64,000 bases of DNA from Paecilomyces variotii (lineage: Eukaryota). Positions 36,741 through 50,700 of the stretch are shown piece after piece (the stretch's first letter is position 1; each line of letters begins with the position of its first letter). A program made the position numbers and the translations under genes. The notes under the pieces were generated by a model that saw only the letters and a list, made by a program, of their open reading frames with translations, had not been told where the DNA came from and searched no databases. Location of the stretch: NCBI GenBank assembly GCA_004022145.1, contig RCNU01000006.1; one strand, given 5' to 3'.

Positions 36741-39700
36741 CACCCCGCTGGCGGGGGTTAAGCGACCCTGGGGCAGTATTAACAACAACAATTCTTCGAG
36801 TGTCGATCCTCCCGTCCTTACCGACCGCACAATAATCAGCAATCAACAAAATAGTAATCCGAACCATGTCGCGTCGCCGGTCGAGTTCGTTCGCGCGTCC
36901 GCCTCCACTCGCAGGAACCGCATTGCCGCTAGTGCCATTCGCTGGGCCCCCGGGGCCGTGTCCGCGGACCAGCTGCCCTCCGAGTACTCCCAGAGGACCG
37001 CGGTGCCTTCGACGCCAGCGCCCAGCCAGAATGCCCTGCTGTCTCTGCGCAGTCCCAGATATGGGTTGCCGGCTGCGCTGGTTGCCAATTTCGAGGCCCT
37101 GGGCGTCAACAGTATTTATCCGTGGCAGGCCTCATGCTTACTGGGGCGGGGCCTTCTCACCGGTGAGAAGAACCTGATCTATACCGCCCCGACTGGAGGT
37201 GGGAAATCCCTCGTAGCAGACGTCTTGATGCTCAAGAAGATCATCGAGAACCCAACCCGCAAGGCCATCCTCGTACTGCCCTATGTGGCCCTGGTGCAGG
37301 AGAAGCTGCGATGGCTGCGCCGTCTCGTCGAGGGCGTCTCCAAGAACGTCGCGGAGGATGATGACGATGACGCGCAGATGACCAGCGGTCGTTGTGCCTG
37401 GAGACAGCAGCAGAAGTCCATCCGGGTAACAGGATTTTTTGGAGGCAGTAAAACCAGATCGACGTGGGGGGACACCGATATCGCGGTTTGTACTATAGAA
37501 AAGGTGCGCAAGACACCATCCATGGGGTCTGAATCGCACCCACCTCTGATCAGAAAGATAGGCCAATTCTCTTGTAAACACCGCCATCGAAGAGTGCAAG
37601 ATCGACGACCTGGCGGTCGTCGTCTTGGACGAGATCCATATGCTAGATGACGAAGGTCGTGGCTATCTCATGGAGCTGATGATCACGAAGCTCTTGCTCT
37701 TGCAGCAGGATATCCAGATCATCGGCATGAGTGCCACTCTTTCAGTATGCCTCTTGCTGCGAACAGATTGTAGACGTTGGATGATGTTGACCAAGACTGC
37801 AGAATACGGAACTCCTGGCGCAGTGGCTACGCGGGAATTACTACATCTCCAAGTACCGGCCCATCCCCATAGAAGAGTACCTGGTGTTCGAGAATGCCAT
37901 CTACCCAGCGGCCAATGCGAAAGAGTTCTTCCGGACGGCAGCCCAGCTGAACACGACCGCCTCTCAAGGTGCTGTAGAACCCTACAGGACGATCGACAAA
38001 TCGGAGTTTAGAGAGTTGGCAAACCCCATGGCGAACGCCATGGTCGCATTGGCCGTCGAAACGGCGACAGCAGGTTATGGCGCCTTGGTGTTCTGTGGCA
38101 GTCGCCATGCCTGCCAGATTAACGCCGCCCTCATCAGCGAGGCAATGCCAGAGCCTGCAAACTTGGATCCCGGCGTGTTGGAGCGAAGATTGGATCTCTT
38201 GGCTGATCTCCAGAGCCTTCCTTCTGGCCTCGACCCGGCCTTTCAGAATACGATCCTCAAGGGAGTTGCTTTCCACCGTGAGTACCCTTGTCTCGTGGAG
38301 ACTTGCTGCGGAAAACTGACAAGATCAGATGCTGGATTGACCACCGAAGAACGGGAGCTGGTCGCGCGAGCTTACGACCAAGGCATTTTGAGAGTGCTTG
38401 TAGCGACCTGCAGTTTGGCTGCAGGGGTGAACCTCCCTGCGAGAAGAGTCATCATGCATGGCGCTCGTATGGGTCGAGAGTTGATAGGACCCGCGATGTT
38501 GTATGTTCTGTTTTAGTCCACTACTCTTAGCATCGCCGACTGACTGTCACAGACGCCAGATGCGTGGTCGCGCGGGTCGTAAAGGAAAGGACGAGGTGGG
38601 AGAAACCTATCTCATCTGTCAGAAGGCCGATTTGGAGGCCGTCGCAGAACTCTTGGAGGCAGAGACACCAGCCATTGCCAGCGGACTTGCTCCAGAAAAG
38701 AGGGGTGTCAAGAGGTACGTCGTGAACCTGCTGTTCCTGGGCAGAGTCGTTGACGTCGTACAGGGCACTTTTGGAGGCCATAGCAACCCGGCTGGTCTCA
38801 GGTCGCGATGCGATCAAGGAATACGTTGAATGCACGCTCGTCTACCGGACCGCAGATAACAAGGATATATACAAGATGATGGATGCGACTCTGCAGGAGC
38901 TGGTTGATGAGGATCTCCTACGACGGAAAGACGATGATTCATACGAGCCAAGCGAGTTGGGACAGGCCATCGTCGCCTCCTCCTTCTCCCCTGAGGACGG
39001 CATGTTCGTCTACGAGGAGCTCAAGCGGGCCTTGCAGGCCTTCGTGATGGACGGGGATATGCACGTCTTCTACATGTTCACTCCACTGCAGGTTGCTCTT
39101 ACCATTGAGATCGACTGGCCGATATTTAGGGACCAGCTCGAGAATCTGGACGAGAGTGGCCTGCGAGCTCTTCAACTTGTTGGCGTACAACCCGGCTTCG
39201 TGAATACTATGTAGGTCCTGCTGCATGATGTTTCCTAGGGTAGCCCCATATCTAACCCAACGCAGGGTGCAAGCTGGGTCCTCTCTAAAAGAAAACACCC
39301 CCGCGCAGATCAAACAAGCCCGAATCTATCGCCGTGCCTATACGGCTTTCCAGCTACGCGACTTAAGCAACGAAGTCCCCCTCTCCACGGTCGCTCGTCG
39401 CTACCACACCCCGCGAGGCGCGGTCCAGAATCTCGCGCAGACCTGTCATGGGTTCGCCGCCGGCCTGGTCAAGTTCTGCCAGCGCATGGGCTGGGGCATG
39501 CTCGCCGTCGTTCTCGATCACATGCGCGATCGCCTGGAAGCTGGTGCGCGAGCAGATCTCCTGGAGATGGCGCAGGTCGCCTACGTCAAAAGCTGGACTG
39601 CACGGGTTCTGCGCGAGAATGGGTTCCGGAGCGTATGTGAGCTCGCGCAAGCAGAACCAAAGGATCTGGTCCCGGTGCTTATGATGGTGAGTTAGCCCTT

Positions 39701-39988
39701 TACGATTTGGCTAACTAACCAGCTAGCTAGCTAGCTGGATGGATAGATCACTGACCATTCTCCAAACCTAAAGGCCAACCCGCGCAAAGCACAGAAACAT
39801 CAACAATATCCAAAAGAAGCAGAGCGCTACGCGGCAAAACTCCTCTCCAAGGCGGAGACCATCGTAGCATCAGCAAATAAACTTTGGGGTAACTATGTCT
39901 TTACCATCCCTCAGTCTATAGTTATGAGAACTAACCGTGAAACCTTGGATCCGCAGAGCGCCAAATGCAAGTCGAGATAGACGAATGA
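36625..39988 (+). CDS. Ski2-like SF2 DNA helicase of the HELQ/Mus301/POLQ-helicase family, no polymerase domain; 9 exons
   Basis: Motifs IYPWQ, YTAPTGGGKS (Walker A), LPYVALVQEK, CTIEKAN, LDEIHML (DEIH), IIGMSATL, GVAFHHAGLT, ATCSLAAGVNLPA, QMRGRAGRKG. Eight GT-AG introns (first 37504-37561). Ends ...ERQMQVEIDE* at 39988. Confidence 0.9.
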
Positions 39989-40514
39989 ATCACATTCCGC
40001 TAAACTTCACAATGTACCATCCTGGATGCGTCGTTTGGGGGGTATACAGGGAAGTTTTATCAGCTGCCTGTCCTGCGTCCTCGTATATCGATACCACATA
40101 TTTTGGGTAGGGGACTGCTTATCACGGCATTGGATAGGATATATTTCAGAGTTACTTGGAAGAATTCATCATATGAAGCAGGGGTCTTTCACTGAGTGAA
40201 CTATATACTTGTATGTATATAAGTCTGGTTTAGTGTATCCAAAACACATATCATCTACAAATTCCGCATCCTACCTACTCTTCTAGATAATCCCGTAGGG
40301 CAAGATGTCAGACATATGTTACGATTGCACGAATATGAATAGAAATACAAAAGCTACAGCATAAAGATATATGAGATATATAATATATACTACCACACCA
40401 CACCTAACACATCCAAAACTATTTACATACACATCGATCTACCAATAACCATCCAACCCAACCCGTCCCTGCCCCCTTTCCTTCCTAAAGAGAGAGAGAG
40501 AAAACGCACTCTTC

Positions 40515-41523
40515 TCAAGAATCCGAAAACCCATTCAAACTCTCCTGCGCACCCAAAACATCCCCCTGATCCGTGAAATCCACCAAGACGAAATTCGGCA
40601 CCCGACCATACAACCCCTCACACAGACTCGCCTGGGCACCAATACTGCCATTCCCACTGACGGCATTCGTCGTCGGGGCCGCAACTCGATCGGGCACTAG
40701 CACGCCCAGGATATCGACGTCGAGAAAGTGATTGACGATATACATGCGGCCGGAAGCGGAGGCGCCGGGGGGTCGGTCGATGGAGCAGTTGGAGAAAGAA
40801 GGGTCGGTTACGTCGTAGGGTGTTTCGAAGAAGTAGGAGAATTCATCGAGGATATAGGGGACGGAGGTGGTGTTTGCGCCATAGTCTGGGTTGTGTTAGT
40901 TTTCCAATCAATATTATATATATATATATATTATATGTGCTTCCGTATTCTTTCAGGGGGAGATACTCACCCAAGAAAACAACCACCCTCGTCCCATTCC
41001 CAATCAAATCACTCAACGTCGGCCAATCCCCAAATCCCAACACACCAGGACTAGACTCAGGAACAAACACATACTCCTTCACCCCCGCACTCTCAAAAGC
41101 AGCATCGAACTCCTCCACAGGAACATTATCCCCATTCGTCAAAAGCAGCGTCACGACTTCATTCGCATTACTCTCCTCATCCACCCACCCCTTCACCGTC
41201 TGCAGGAACGAGACCAGCGATCCCCCATCTTCAAGCAGACAGGACGTGTGGCAGAGGTCGAGCTCGCCTTCGAGGTTTTTGTGCGTTTGGCCTTGAAGAA
41301 AGCGGATGCCGAAATCGAGCTGTTGGGTGATGTTGAGGTTTTGGTTGTCGGAGGGGAGGTCGCCGATGAAGGGGGAGTCGTGGGCTCCGATTAGACTGAT
41401 GTTGGAGTATTGGCGGGTGCAGAATTCGATGTGGCCGTTGCAGGGGGGTTGTTGTTGGGCAAAGGTGGTGGTGGATGTGAAGAGGAGAGAGAGGATTGGA
41501 AGGAGGGGTTGGGTTGTTTTCAT
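40515..41523 (-). CDS. Secreted PLC-like phosphodiesterase (PI-PLC X domain-like TIM barrel); 2 exons, ~307 aa
   Basis: Signal peptide MKTTQPLLPILSLLFTSTTTFA; CNGH.EFC.RQYSN...GAHDSPF, QLDFGIRFLQGQTH, LCHTSCLLEDGG, NEVVTLLLTNGD. Intron 40970-40886. Exon 2 has DEFSYFFETPY, NHFL and PNFVLVDF. Confidence 0.88.
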
Positions 41524-42863
41524 GGTGGGGTTATTATGTTTATTAAGTAACTTGTTTAGATTATATATTTGAGAGTGGTGGTTCTTTCTAGGAGTCGTAT
41601 GTATGATAATAATAATGATGAAGCAAGATGCATGTATGTTGTATGTATGTACATGCATATGGATATGGATATACATACAATCAAGCTACAAAAAGATCTC
41701 AAAAGGCAAGTGCAACCGCATCTATAAGTAAACATTTCCCCCCCGTCCCTAGAATATCAACATGAAAAGGGAGGATGGATCGACCGGCTGATCTAGACAT
41801 GGGGATGCGAAAGCGAATGCAACATACCCATGTCCATCTAATCTAGCGTAGTGTCATAAGTAAGTTATGTATACATACTCCAAATAAGCGAGATTATCTA
41901 GTCTCCAGGGGGGGGCCAACCAACGGGATTGATTCAAGAGCCACATGTGGCCCGGGTCCGCGGGCAGAAATGTACCGTAACGGGGACTTGAAACTTCTCA
42001 GCCTGTCGATGCTCGATGCCCATCTGGCTTTCTATTGCGTTTATGGTATTCTCACGGGGGATTATTTTTACAACTTATTACTATTATATTGGTACCATGT
42101 GCCGAAGAAAATGAACTCGTATGTATCCTCGTGGGTTGTAATGAGCATTCATCCTGAACAAATAGCCCTAGCACGTGCCGTTCATGGGGATGTGACTGCA
42201 CCAGCTGGTTATGGTGTTCCTGATCCAATACTCGAATCTGTTAGCTGGTCACTTGCGTCGAGATGGTCCTGTAAAGAGCATTTCACAGTGATACTGGTCT
42301 GACGTTTCTTATGGTGTTCATTACTGTATTAGATGCCTCTGGAGAGGATACAGGAGACTGGCAATAGCCCCGGTCCCAACTCAGACAAATAAATAAATGA
42401 AAAATAATCACTGCTGTGTTGAGAGGGCAAACTCCATGCTGGCCATTATTGAATATTTGCTGCAAACAGCAGCACTGTCTCACAGCACTGTCTCAATAGT
42501 ACCGAGAGAAGCGATGGAGATATCACCAGCCTCGGTGGCTTGTGGGGAAGCGTTGGTTCGGCCCCAGCCTCCGCACCGCACCGCCTTGGCCCAGGCAGCT
42601 TCAACTGTCAACAGTCGGCTGATTTCGTGCTCTGCAGTTGCGCTCACTGCTGTTTGTGCCTTGAGCTGGGTCTATGCTGTGCCAACACTGATGCACAGAA
42701 ACTGATTCGCTCGGTTTTCTTCTGCTTCTCTGTTTGCTTCCCAGAAGAAGAGCACGTCCCGCGGACTTGGCGCAGCTGAGCTCAACGGCTTCCGGTACCT
42801 TCCTCACGGCGTTCCGATTTTCTCTGCGATACAGGGAGCGATGATAATTCGAAAGTATCGCCG

Positions 42864-45800
42864 ATGAGCTCCACGATTGAGGGGAGTGATGACGGGGACC
42901 GAGAGGATCAGCTCGACCTGGACCAGGACGACGAAGAGCTCCCTCTGCAGCCTAACGGACATACAGACCATGATCGGCCGGCCGAGGACGTGAATGATGC
43001 GCCGGCGCATAACGGGGAGCCATTGTCCGTCACGAAGGATGAAGGCCAGAAGAGCCCATATCTCAATTCGCCTGCAGACGTGGCTTCGGATGGAGTGCTA
43101 TCTTCCCCCCGTGGCTACACTGCGCGAGCGCCGGGAAGCGTGGATGATACTGCTTCAACGCCGGATGACACGCCATCACTGCATGTCAGTTGCGGCCCTC
43201 GCAGTCGACTGTTGAACGGTCATCACTAACAAATAACAGGGATCACTCCGTTCGTCGCCCAGCAGCAGCACATTGCCGCTTCGAGGTCACTCTCGCCTCA
43301 GCCCCAGTCCGTCACATCGCCCTTTCGATCTACGATTCCAGTCTCGTCTCTCGTCCTCGTCTCTAAGTAGCCCTCGACCGTCGTCACCGTTCTACTTCCA
43401 GCGCCACTCACGGCAATCGTCCCTCGCGAGTCGACTCTCCCCCAGTCGCACAGAATCGGAACCAGAATCCCCTCAGACGCCCTGGGACGTCGTGAGGTGG
43501 ACGAAGCTGAGGAAAGTAGCAGGGCAGGCGTTCTCGGAAGTTGGGAAACGCAACTTTGGAAGGCCGACCTGTCTGGCCGTTTCAACGACCATTGTCATCG
43601 GCACATCGAAGGGTATTATACTTGTATTTGACTATCAGCAGAATCTGAGAACTATAATTGGGCCGGGCACCAAGGGCATGTTCCACCCTCCTCCCCGAAT
43701 TGCGCGTGATGCATGTATTGATCGTGTCCACAGCTGTCGAATCCGGTGCGGTGACGTCTCTTGCGCTCTCTGCGGATCACTCGACGGTAGCTGGAGGCCA
43801 CGCCTCGGGCGACATATATACCTGGGAGATTTCGAGATCAGCCCGGCCTTTTCTTCATATACCCCCCATCTCCCCAAACCAGCTCGAAACTCAACATGCA
43901 GATGGACATATCGCAGGCGTTTCGGTTCTTCACGTTGGGTTTCTGGGAACCCGACGGACGGCACTGGTATCAGCAGATGACCGTGGCATGGCCTTTTCGC
44001 ATCTGGCAACGCGAGGTATGGGTGCCGTTGGGCGGACGGTAAAGACAACGAGGATCTTGGGACGGTATCCGGAGAAGCCTGTTCCAGGGAGTCGACCGCG
44101 GAAGCCGAGTTCGGTGCTTGCCTTCTCGCCGCTTCCCCTCGGAAACGTCGAACAGGCGACTGATTCCTTAGGTCTAGTGGCTATGCTCACACCATATCTC
44201 CTTGTCGTGGTTTCGACTACACCGATTGCGCAGACACAGCACAAGGCCCCACGGCCGAGAGAGGTCGCATCGCACGGTGCCATGACCGCAGCCTTGGCTT
44301 GGTTTCCCGCAATAAAGCTAAAGGGGAAGGACTCGCAAACATCGAAGACGAAACTCGTCTACTGCTGGTCAAACGTTCTCACGGTGCTAGAAGTCTCCGA
44401 AGTTGAACCCGAAGATCCAGGTGACAAGGATCGGCCTCCGGTGTTAGAGTTTCGACCGCGAAGCAGATGGAGGGCAGATGAGGCCATCGTCGCAGTGCAA
44501 TGGCTGAGCCGATCTGTACTTGCAGTGTTGACCATCACCCAGCAATTACTTATCGTTGAGGATACCACGTTACGCGTGACGGACTCATTCGACCTCCTAC
44601 AGAAGCATATTTACCATGCTGATTTATTCTCCACCCAGTTGCACTCGCTTGTTGAGCAATATAACGAGGAGGATCCCTCGATGCATGGCGTGGTGGCTGA
44701 TGCATTCTACATGAGCTTCCGTGCTTACAAAGGACGACTGTTTCTCCTTGGCTTTAACGATGTATCCGTTGGCAGTTTGTCGAACTGGGCCGACAGATTG
44801 CTTGCTCTTATGGAGGCTGGAGATTTCATCGGGGCCATTCGACTTGCCACTGCATACTATAGGGGAGATACAGAGAGGCTCACCGTAGGACTCCCTGAAG
44901 AAGATGAATTGAGACACGCCGTTGTCCGGGAGAGGCTGATGGAGATGATCTCGGCATCTCTCAAATACGCTTTTGGGAGGAACAGAGAGGCCAATACGGA
45001 ACGTCTTGAGAAGCCACAGCTAGAAGATCTTGCAGAGGCATCTCTGGCAGCTTGTGTTTGCATCGGAGACGAGGATTTCCTCTGGGAAGAAGTCTACAAC
45101 TGGTACGAAGAGAACGACTCGACGGGAACTTTTCTCGACGTCCTCGAATCGTACATTGTCGATGGTGATATACGATCGCTTCCCCCCACCGCCGTCAAGG
45201 CTTTGATCAGTCACTACGCTACGAACCACACATCCACCCGACTGGAGGAGATAATATGTCTTCTGGACACCACTACAATGGACATTGATCAGGTCACCTC
45301 TCTGTGCAAGCAATATAATCTCTACGACGCCTTCATATATGTCTGGAATCGCACTCTTGGGGACTACATCGGGCCATTGGAGGAGTTAATCGGATTTGTT
45401 CGCCGTTTACAACAACCCCTCGTCAACGGGAATGCTGGCAACGAAGAAACCTACTATAATAATGCAGCGAAAATATTTCCTTATCTGTCCTTCGTCCTCA
45501 CCGGCCGCATCTATCCGACGGGAGAGGAGATGGACGAGCCCGAGTCCACAAAGGCGAAGGCCGCGCTTTATGGATATCTATTCTCTGGCCATCGGTCGGC
45601 TCCAGTTTCCCAGGCGCATGATGGCTTCGCAAATCTCAGGGCCATCCTTGGATTTGACTCGTCTAGTTTTATGAGCATGCTCAACGAGGCGTTTGAGGAT
45701 AGCTTCTTAAACGAGGCCGCAGACCAGACCAGCCCCGTCGAGGAGCCAGAAATCAACCCGCTCCTGGGCGTTTCTGTCAACCGGCAGTATATCATTAGTA

Positions 45801-47755
45801 TTTTGCTCGAGGTGATGAGCCCGTCTGAGTTCAGTGCCGCCGATACGATTTATCTAGACATGTTCATTGCGCGGAATTTGCCCAAATACCCCCAATATAT
45901 CCTTCTGTCAGGCACTACCCTCCATCAGGTTCTTGTGCGGCTGTGTCAGTTTCCCAGTGAGGAGATGGCTGAGGATTGCGAACTCAGCGTCGAGTATTTG
46001 CTGTCGATGTACCGTCCGCCGGATATCCAGAGTTTGATACCACTCTTCAAAGAGGCGCGTTTCTACCGGATTTTGAAGTCGACGTACAGGTCAGAGAAAC
46101 AGTTCCCCGAGTGGATCCTGACGTACCTCGAAGATGAGAGTGAACAGGAATCTGTGTTTGCTTGCATCCAGGACTGCCTGCGCCCGGGCTCTGGGCTCGG
46201 CAAGAAGCAGCGACGGGACGTTCTTGATGTGATCAAGAGCCATGCTAGGCAACTGGCAGATATCGATGTCACCAAGGCTGCTCAGACGGTTCAGGACTAC
46301 GCTTCTCATTTGCATGAGAGCTTTCTGCAAGCTTTGGACGACGACACATATAGACAATTCCTCTATCTTTCCAGCCTTCTCGAGCCAAACAAGAAAACCG
46401 CGGCCGAAGGCGGATCAGCCAAGGGTCTCGAGAACTGGATGCTAGAGCGCTATGTGCAGCTCATGTGCAAATACAACCCGTCTCATGTTGCAGATTTCGT
46501 CGATTTCCTCCGGGCTGGCGAACTCCGGCTTGAGGAAGTGCTACCGTTCATGGAGGAGAGCGGCGTAGTGGACGCGGCCGTGATGTTGCTGGCAAGACAG
46601 GGTCAGGTCCGAGTTGCGATGGACAGACTCATCGCTCATCTCAGCACGCTTGAGTCAGCCTTGGTCAGTCTGCTTCAGAACGCAGGGGCGAGTCCCGATA
46701 TGGATAGTACCACAGAAGCCATCGCCGGCCTCCTCGAGTCTTTCGAGAAGTACACCCAGGTTGGCACCTGGTTATGCCAGAACCAGACCAGAACAGCTAA
46801 GAAGGCCCGGTCGCTCGGGAAAAATGGGAAGCGTGGTGTCGACATTCTCCAACAGCCGCTGTCGTTTGAGGAGGATCTTTGGCTTGATCTCATCGAAACC
46901 GTCGTTCGCATTGCGCGCAACGTCTCATCGCTATTACATGCCAGCGACACAGATGCGGACACAACAAAATCTGTATGGTCAAGTGCCTCTGGCGCTGATG
47001 GAGAGGATAGTGGTCAATTGACCATCTCCTTTCGCAAACTGGTGCAGCAGGTGTTCACGGCTCTTCTGACAAGCACTGCCCAAACCGGGGCTTCGACCAC
47101 CGACAGGACAGACATGTCCTTTCTCCGCATCTTGCGCGCCTTTCTCACGCGGGCTGCGAGCTGGTCCCCATCCCTGACCGAACTCCGTTCCGTGCTCGCT
47201 TCCATCTTCGCCGCGTACGCCTACGAAGAGGCTCTTCTGTCGTTAGCCAACGGCATGCTGGATAAGGACCTGTTTGTCCATGTCGACGAGGTGACAAAGT
47301 TGCGGCAGCGCGGTTGGCGACCACGAGGTCAAGTCTGTGAGATCTGCCGGCAACGAATCTGGGGTCCCGGTGCGGGGTCACAAGTATGGACAGCGTGGGA
47401 AAAGAAGCAAGAAGAGCAGCGTCAACGCCGCGAAGTCAAACGGGTCGAGAGTAGCATCGACCATGCGACCTCTCGAGGCAAAGGGAAGGCAGCTGCTGAG
47501 CCTTTACGGCACTTTGACCTCGAGCGACATGAGGACGGCGGGATTGATGAAACCTCGGGGTCAAAGGGCGGGCGAGGCGTCAGCATCCCCGGTCCGGTGG
47601 TCGTTTTCGCCTGTCGACATCTGTATCATCGACAGTGCCTACTGGATACACCTCATCTTCAACCCCCGGGAAGAGCATCACATGCCAACCGGGAGCGCAG
47701 TCATGTCGTGCATGAAGGCTCTAACCTGGAATTCTCCTGCCCGACGTGTACATAG
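42864..47755 (+). CDS. vps8: CORVET complex subunit Vps8 (beta-propeller, alpha-solenoid, C-terminal RING-like); 3 exons, ~1592 aa
   Basis: Exons 42864-43184, 43240-43675, 43734-47755. PWDVVRWTKLRK, GRPTCLAVS, WADRLLALMEAGDFIGAI, RLEEIICLLD, LYDAFIYVWN, C-terminal CEIC...FACRHLYHRQC...CPTC. Confidence 0.93.
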
Positions 47756-50700
47756 TTCTTTTCTTGGGCAGGGAAGTCTGGGATAGTATCACGGTGTCAT
47801 GTATGTAGTAGTGTAGCAGCCATTTGTCATGTCCTTTTTTTCTCCCTTCACTTCTTTTCCTTTTTACTTTTCGGTGTTACTTGGCGCTCGCACCCTTCCT
47901 GGTTTCATACACCCCTCCATGTTACCGCGTAGTCATTCACGAAGCAAAGCTTCTGTTATTTTTTCCTCATTTGGATCAACAATTTCGGCCATCACACCTA
48001 TCTATCCAGCAGGCGGTGGTCCTTCATCACCATTCTTATCCCTCTAAGGTAGAAAGGAAAGAGTGGCCAGTAAAACTACGCCAGCTCATCAACGCGTCTC
48101 TGTAGGGCCCGGTTGGTTGAATACAAGCTATGCTGATAAGAAGTTGGGAACTAAGCATCGAACTGCCAGCGCGCGCTAATTAATCTCTTGCGCTGGGAGC
48201 CATGATAGTTCTAGTTTGCAGTCATGAACGCGTTGTGAGATGATGGTGGTGGGATGGGATGGATGTGCTTGCCCAGGCCCCAAGGTATTAAAGAACGCTG
48301 AATTTTAATACGACAAGCGTCGAAGGACTCTCGAGGTGTTTCGCATCTGGCCGCAGGCGCTCAGTTAATACTGGAGAGAACGAGAGAATAATAATAATAA
48401 GGCGCCCACAAAAATAAGCCATAGGATCCTTCTTTACAGCGCGTACTTAAAAAAAATTTATGTGATAGCGGCCTGATACTACTACGTACTTACAACGCCT
48501 CCGGCAGGTTATTAGTTAGCGGCAAGCCACATCATTTTACCCAGATGTTGCTGTCCATCCGTCGCATTGGACCTTACCCCTGCCGAGAAAAAAAAAGAGG
48601 CGTTGTTGATGAGCCTTGAGGTGACGAGTGCTTCCAAGTGGAATGATATCGCTCTAGACTGGTAGTAACTTGATTAGGAAGGGAAGATTAAACTAGACTA
48701 TCTAGACAAGGGGCGCAAAAAAGAAAGGCCTTTTGCTGTGATTCTAGATTCTAGATTCTAGAACGTAGATAGGTAGATGTAACTATACGTGGTCCGAGGG
48801 GCTCTAGAGTAGATACTGTACATACCTTGTTCGATTCGACCGAGTCTTTCCCAACGGCGCCTCCACTAGAAAGAAAAGAAAGAAAAAAAAAAAAAAAGAA
48901 TAACCCGCGATGCTATCTACTCCGTAGACTAGGGTGGATTTTCTGCAGTTAGTGTAGTTTATTGTTCTTCGAGTTGTTGGTTCCTGGTTCCATGGTTCTG
49001 AGATCCGGGTCGTTGTTTCAGGAACTTGTTTCAGGTTCTTGAAGGTTTTCTTTTTTCAGTGTGGGTTAAGCTTCTCTTGTGGGGGGGGAGGCGAGTTTAC
49101 TTTTACATTCTAACTGGTAGTTTTAGTTAAATACATAGAGTAACTAGTTACCGCTGTGATCCTGGGCTGGTGTACGTATTATTGAATATAACTAAGATGT
49201 ATTATTAGTTAGTTATAGTATTACTTCCTTGGTAATTGCCTTTTCTGGTCTCTAATCTGGAGAATATTCGATTATGATTCTTCACTTAACTATAGGGAGT
49301 TACTGGCTTTGTGATTATTATTATTGTGAAGAGCCACAGCAGTAGTCGATAATATTTCATGGCTGCTCGCCTCAACTGGCCAATTAATGACGCGGGATCA
49401 CCTGCGGCTGACGTATTCCACCGGTAACATTACGAATAAGTTACATGCCATTACGCGGAAATCCATCCATGTGGCTTTGGGGCTTTTTTCTTCTTCTTTT
49501 ACTTAAAGAAGAGAAATTGCTAGTATATTATTATGACCTTTTCATCAAGAGGTTCTTTTTAACGAGGACTAGGGCGAATAAGAGGAACGGCAGTGTTTCT
49601 TACTCTAGGATTATTCCTGCTTGGCCCAGTGGTACAATGCGCGGATGCAACGTGGCGGGAAGCATTAATGATGAGGTCTTATTGACCCTTAATAATAATC
49701 ACAGGGGGCTGGGAACGAACAAAATCCTGAAAGCGTGTCCGTTATATTACTCTTCATGCTCTACAGGACGGCATAGGATATTAATAATGACTAATGATAC
49801 ATACCGGTGTGTCCAGAACTTCACAGTCGGCGGAAAGGATGATGGTTAGATAATTATGTATTGTATGTACCTATCTAGTGCGTTCTGGGACGGGTGACTG
49901 AAAACGCACAACTCTGTATGGGGACAGAAGATCGACAGATGCTATGCCTCAGATGGCAGTGATGGCCGTCTGATGTTCAAGTCTTCTGCCGCCCTCGTGG
50001 TAACGGTAGCGCTCGTAGTAAGTCGTAGAGTAGTCGAGATCCTGAGGATGAAGATAAGTAGATAGTTTTACCGCCGGTAGATAGTTGGTCTAGTGGTTAG
50101 CAGGTACTAGGTAGGAAGTTGAACAGTTAGGTAGGAACTTGGGATACTAGCAGAGAGTGCTACTAGCTAGACAACTAGGTAGCAATTTCAACCAAGATAA
50201 TGGAACAACTGGTGCCAGTGCTGATGGCCGATGTAGACTGATATTCTGATAGGGCATGGGCACTCCCCCTCCTGGACACACAGTCAAGTCAGCTGCATTA
50301 TCTTCCATCCCCGTTAATTCTACACACCGAAAGATGTATGGATGATTATTATTACTCGAATGGCATGCTTCCTCGGAAGATGATCCGCCACGCAACAAGT
50401 GACCTGCATCGTCCTGAAACGCGACACGTACAGTGCAATCGAAAAAGCTTAGCTGAATGGCGGGTGAGCGAGACTCAGATCAACCGATCTGATCATCCCT
50501 TCGGGCTTCTCGAAGCAGATTAGATGGACGAACATGGTCGACATGTCGAAGAGGCCCTCTGCGACATCTCATTGGGGTAGTCGAAGGCACGCTAACATCG
50601 CATCGGCGCGCCCCTCGCGACGGGCTGGAGTCCTCTGAGGCCGCTGAGACCTTGAACATGGCCGCTGGATGATCCGGTGGCAGGGAACTCCTCCGCCAAT

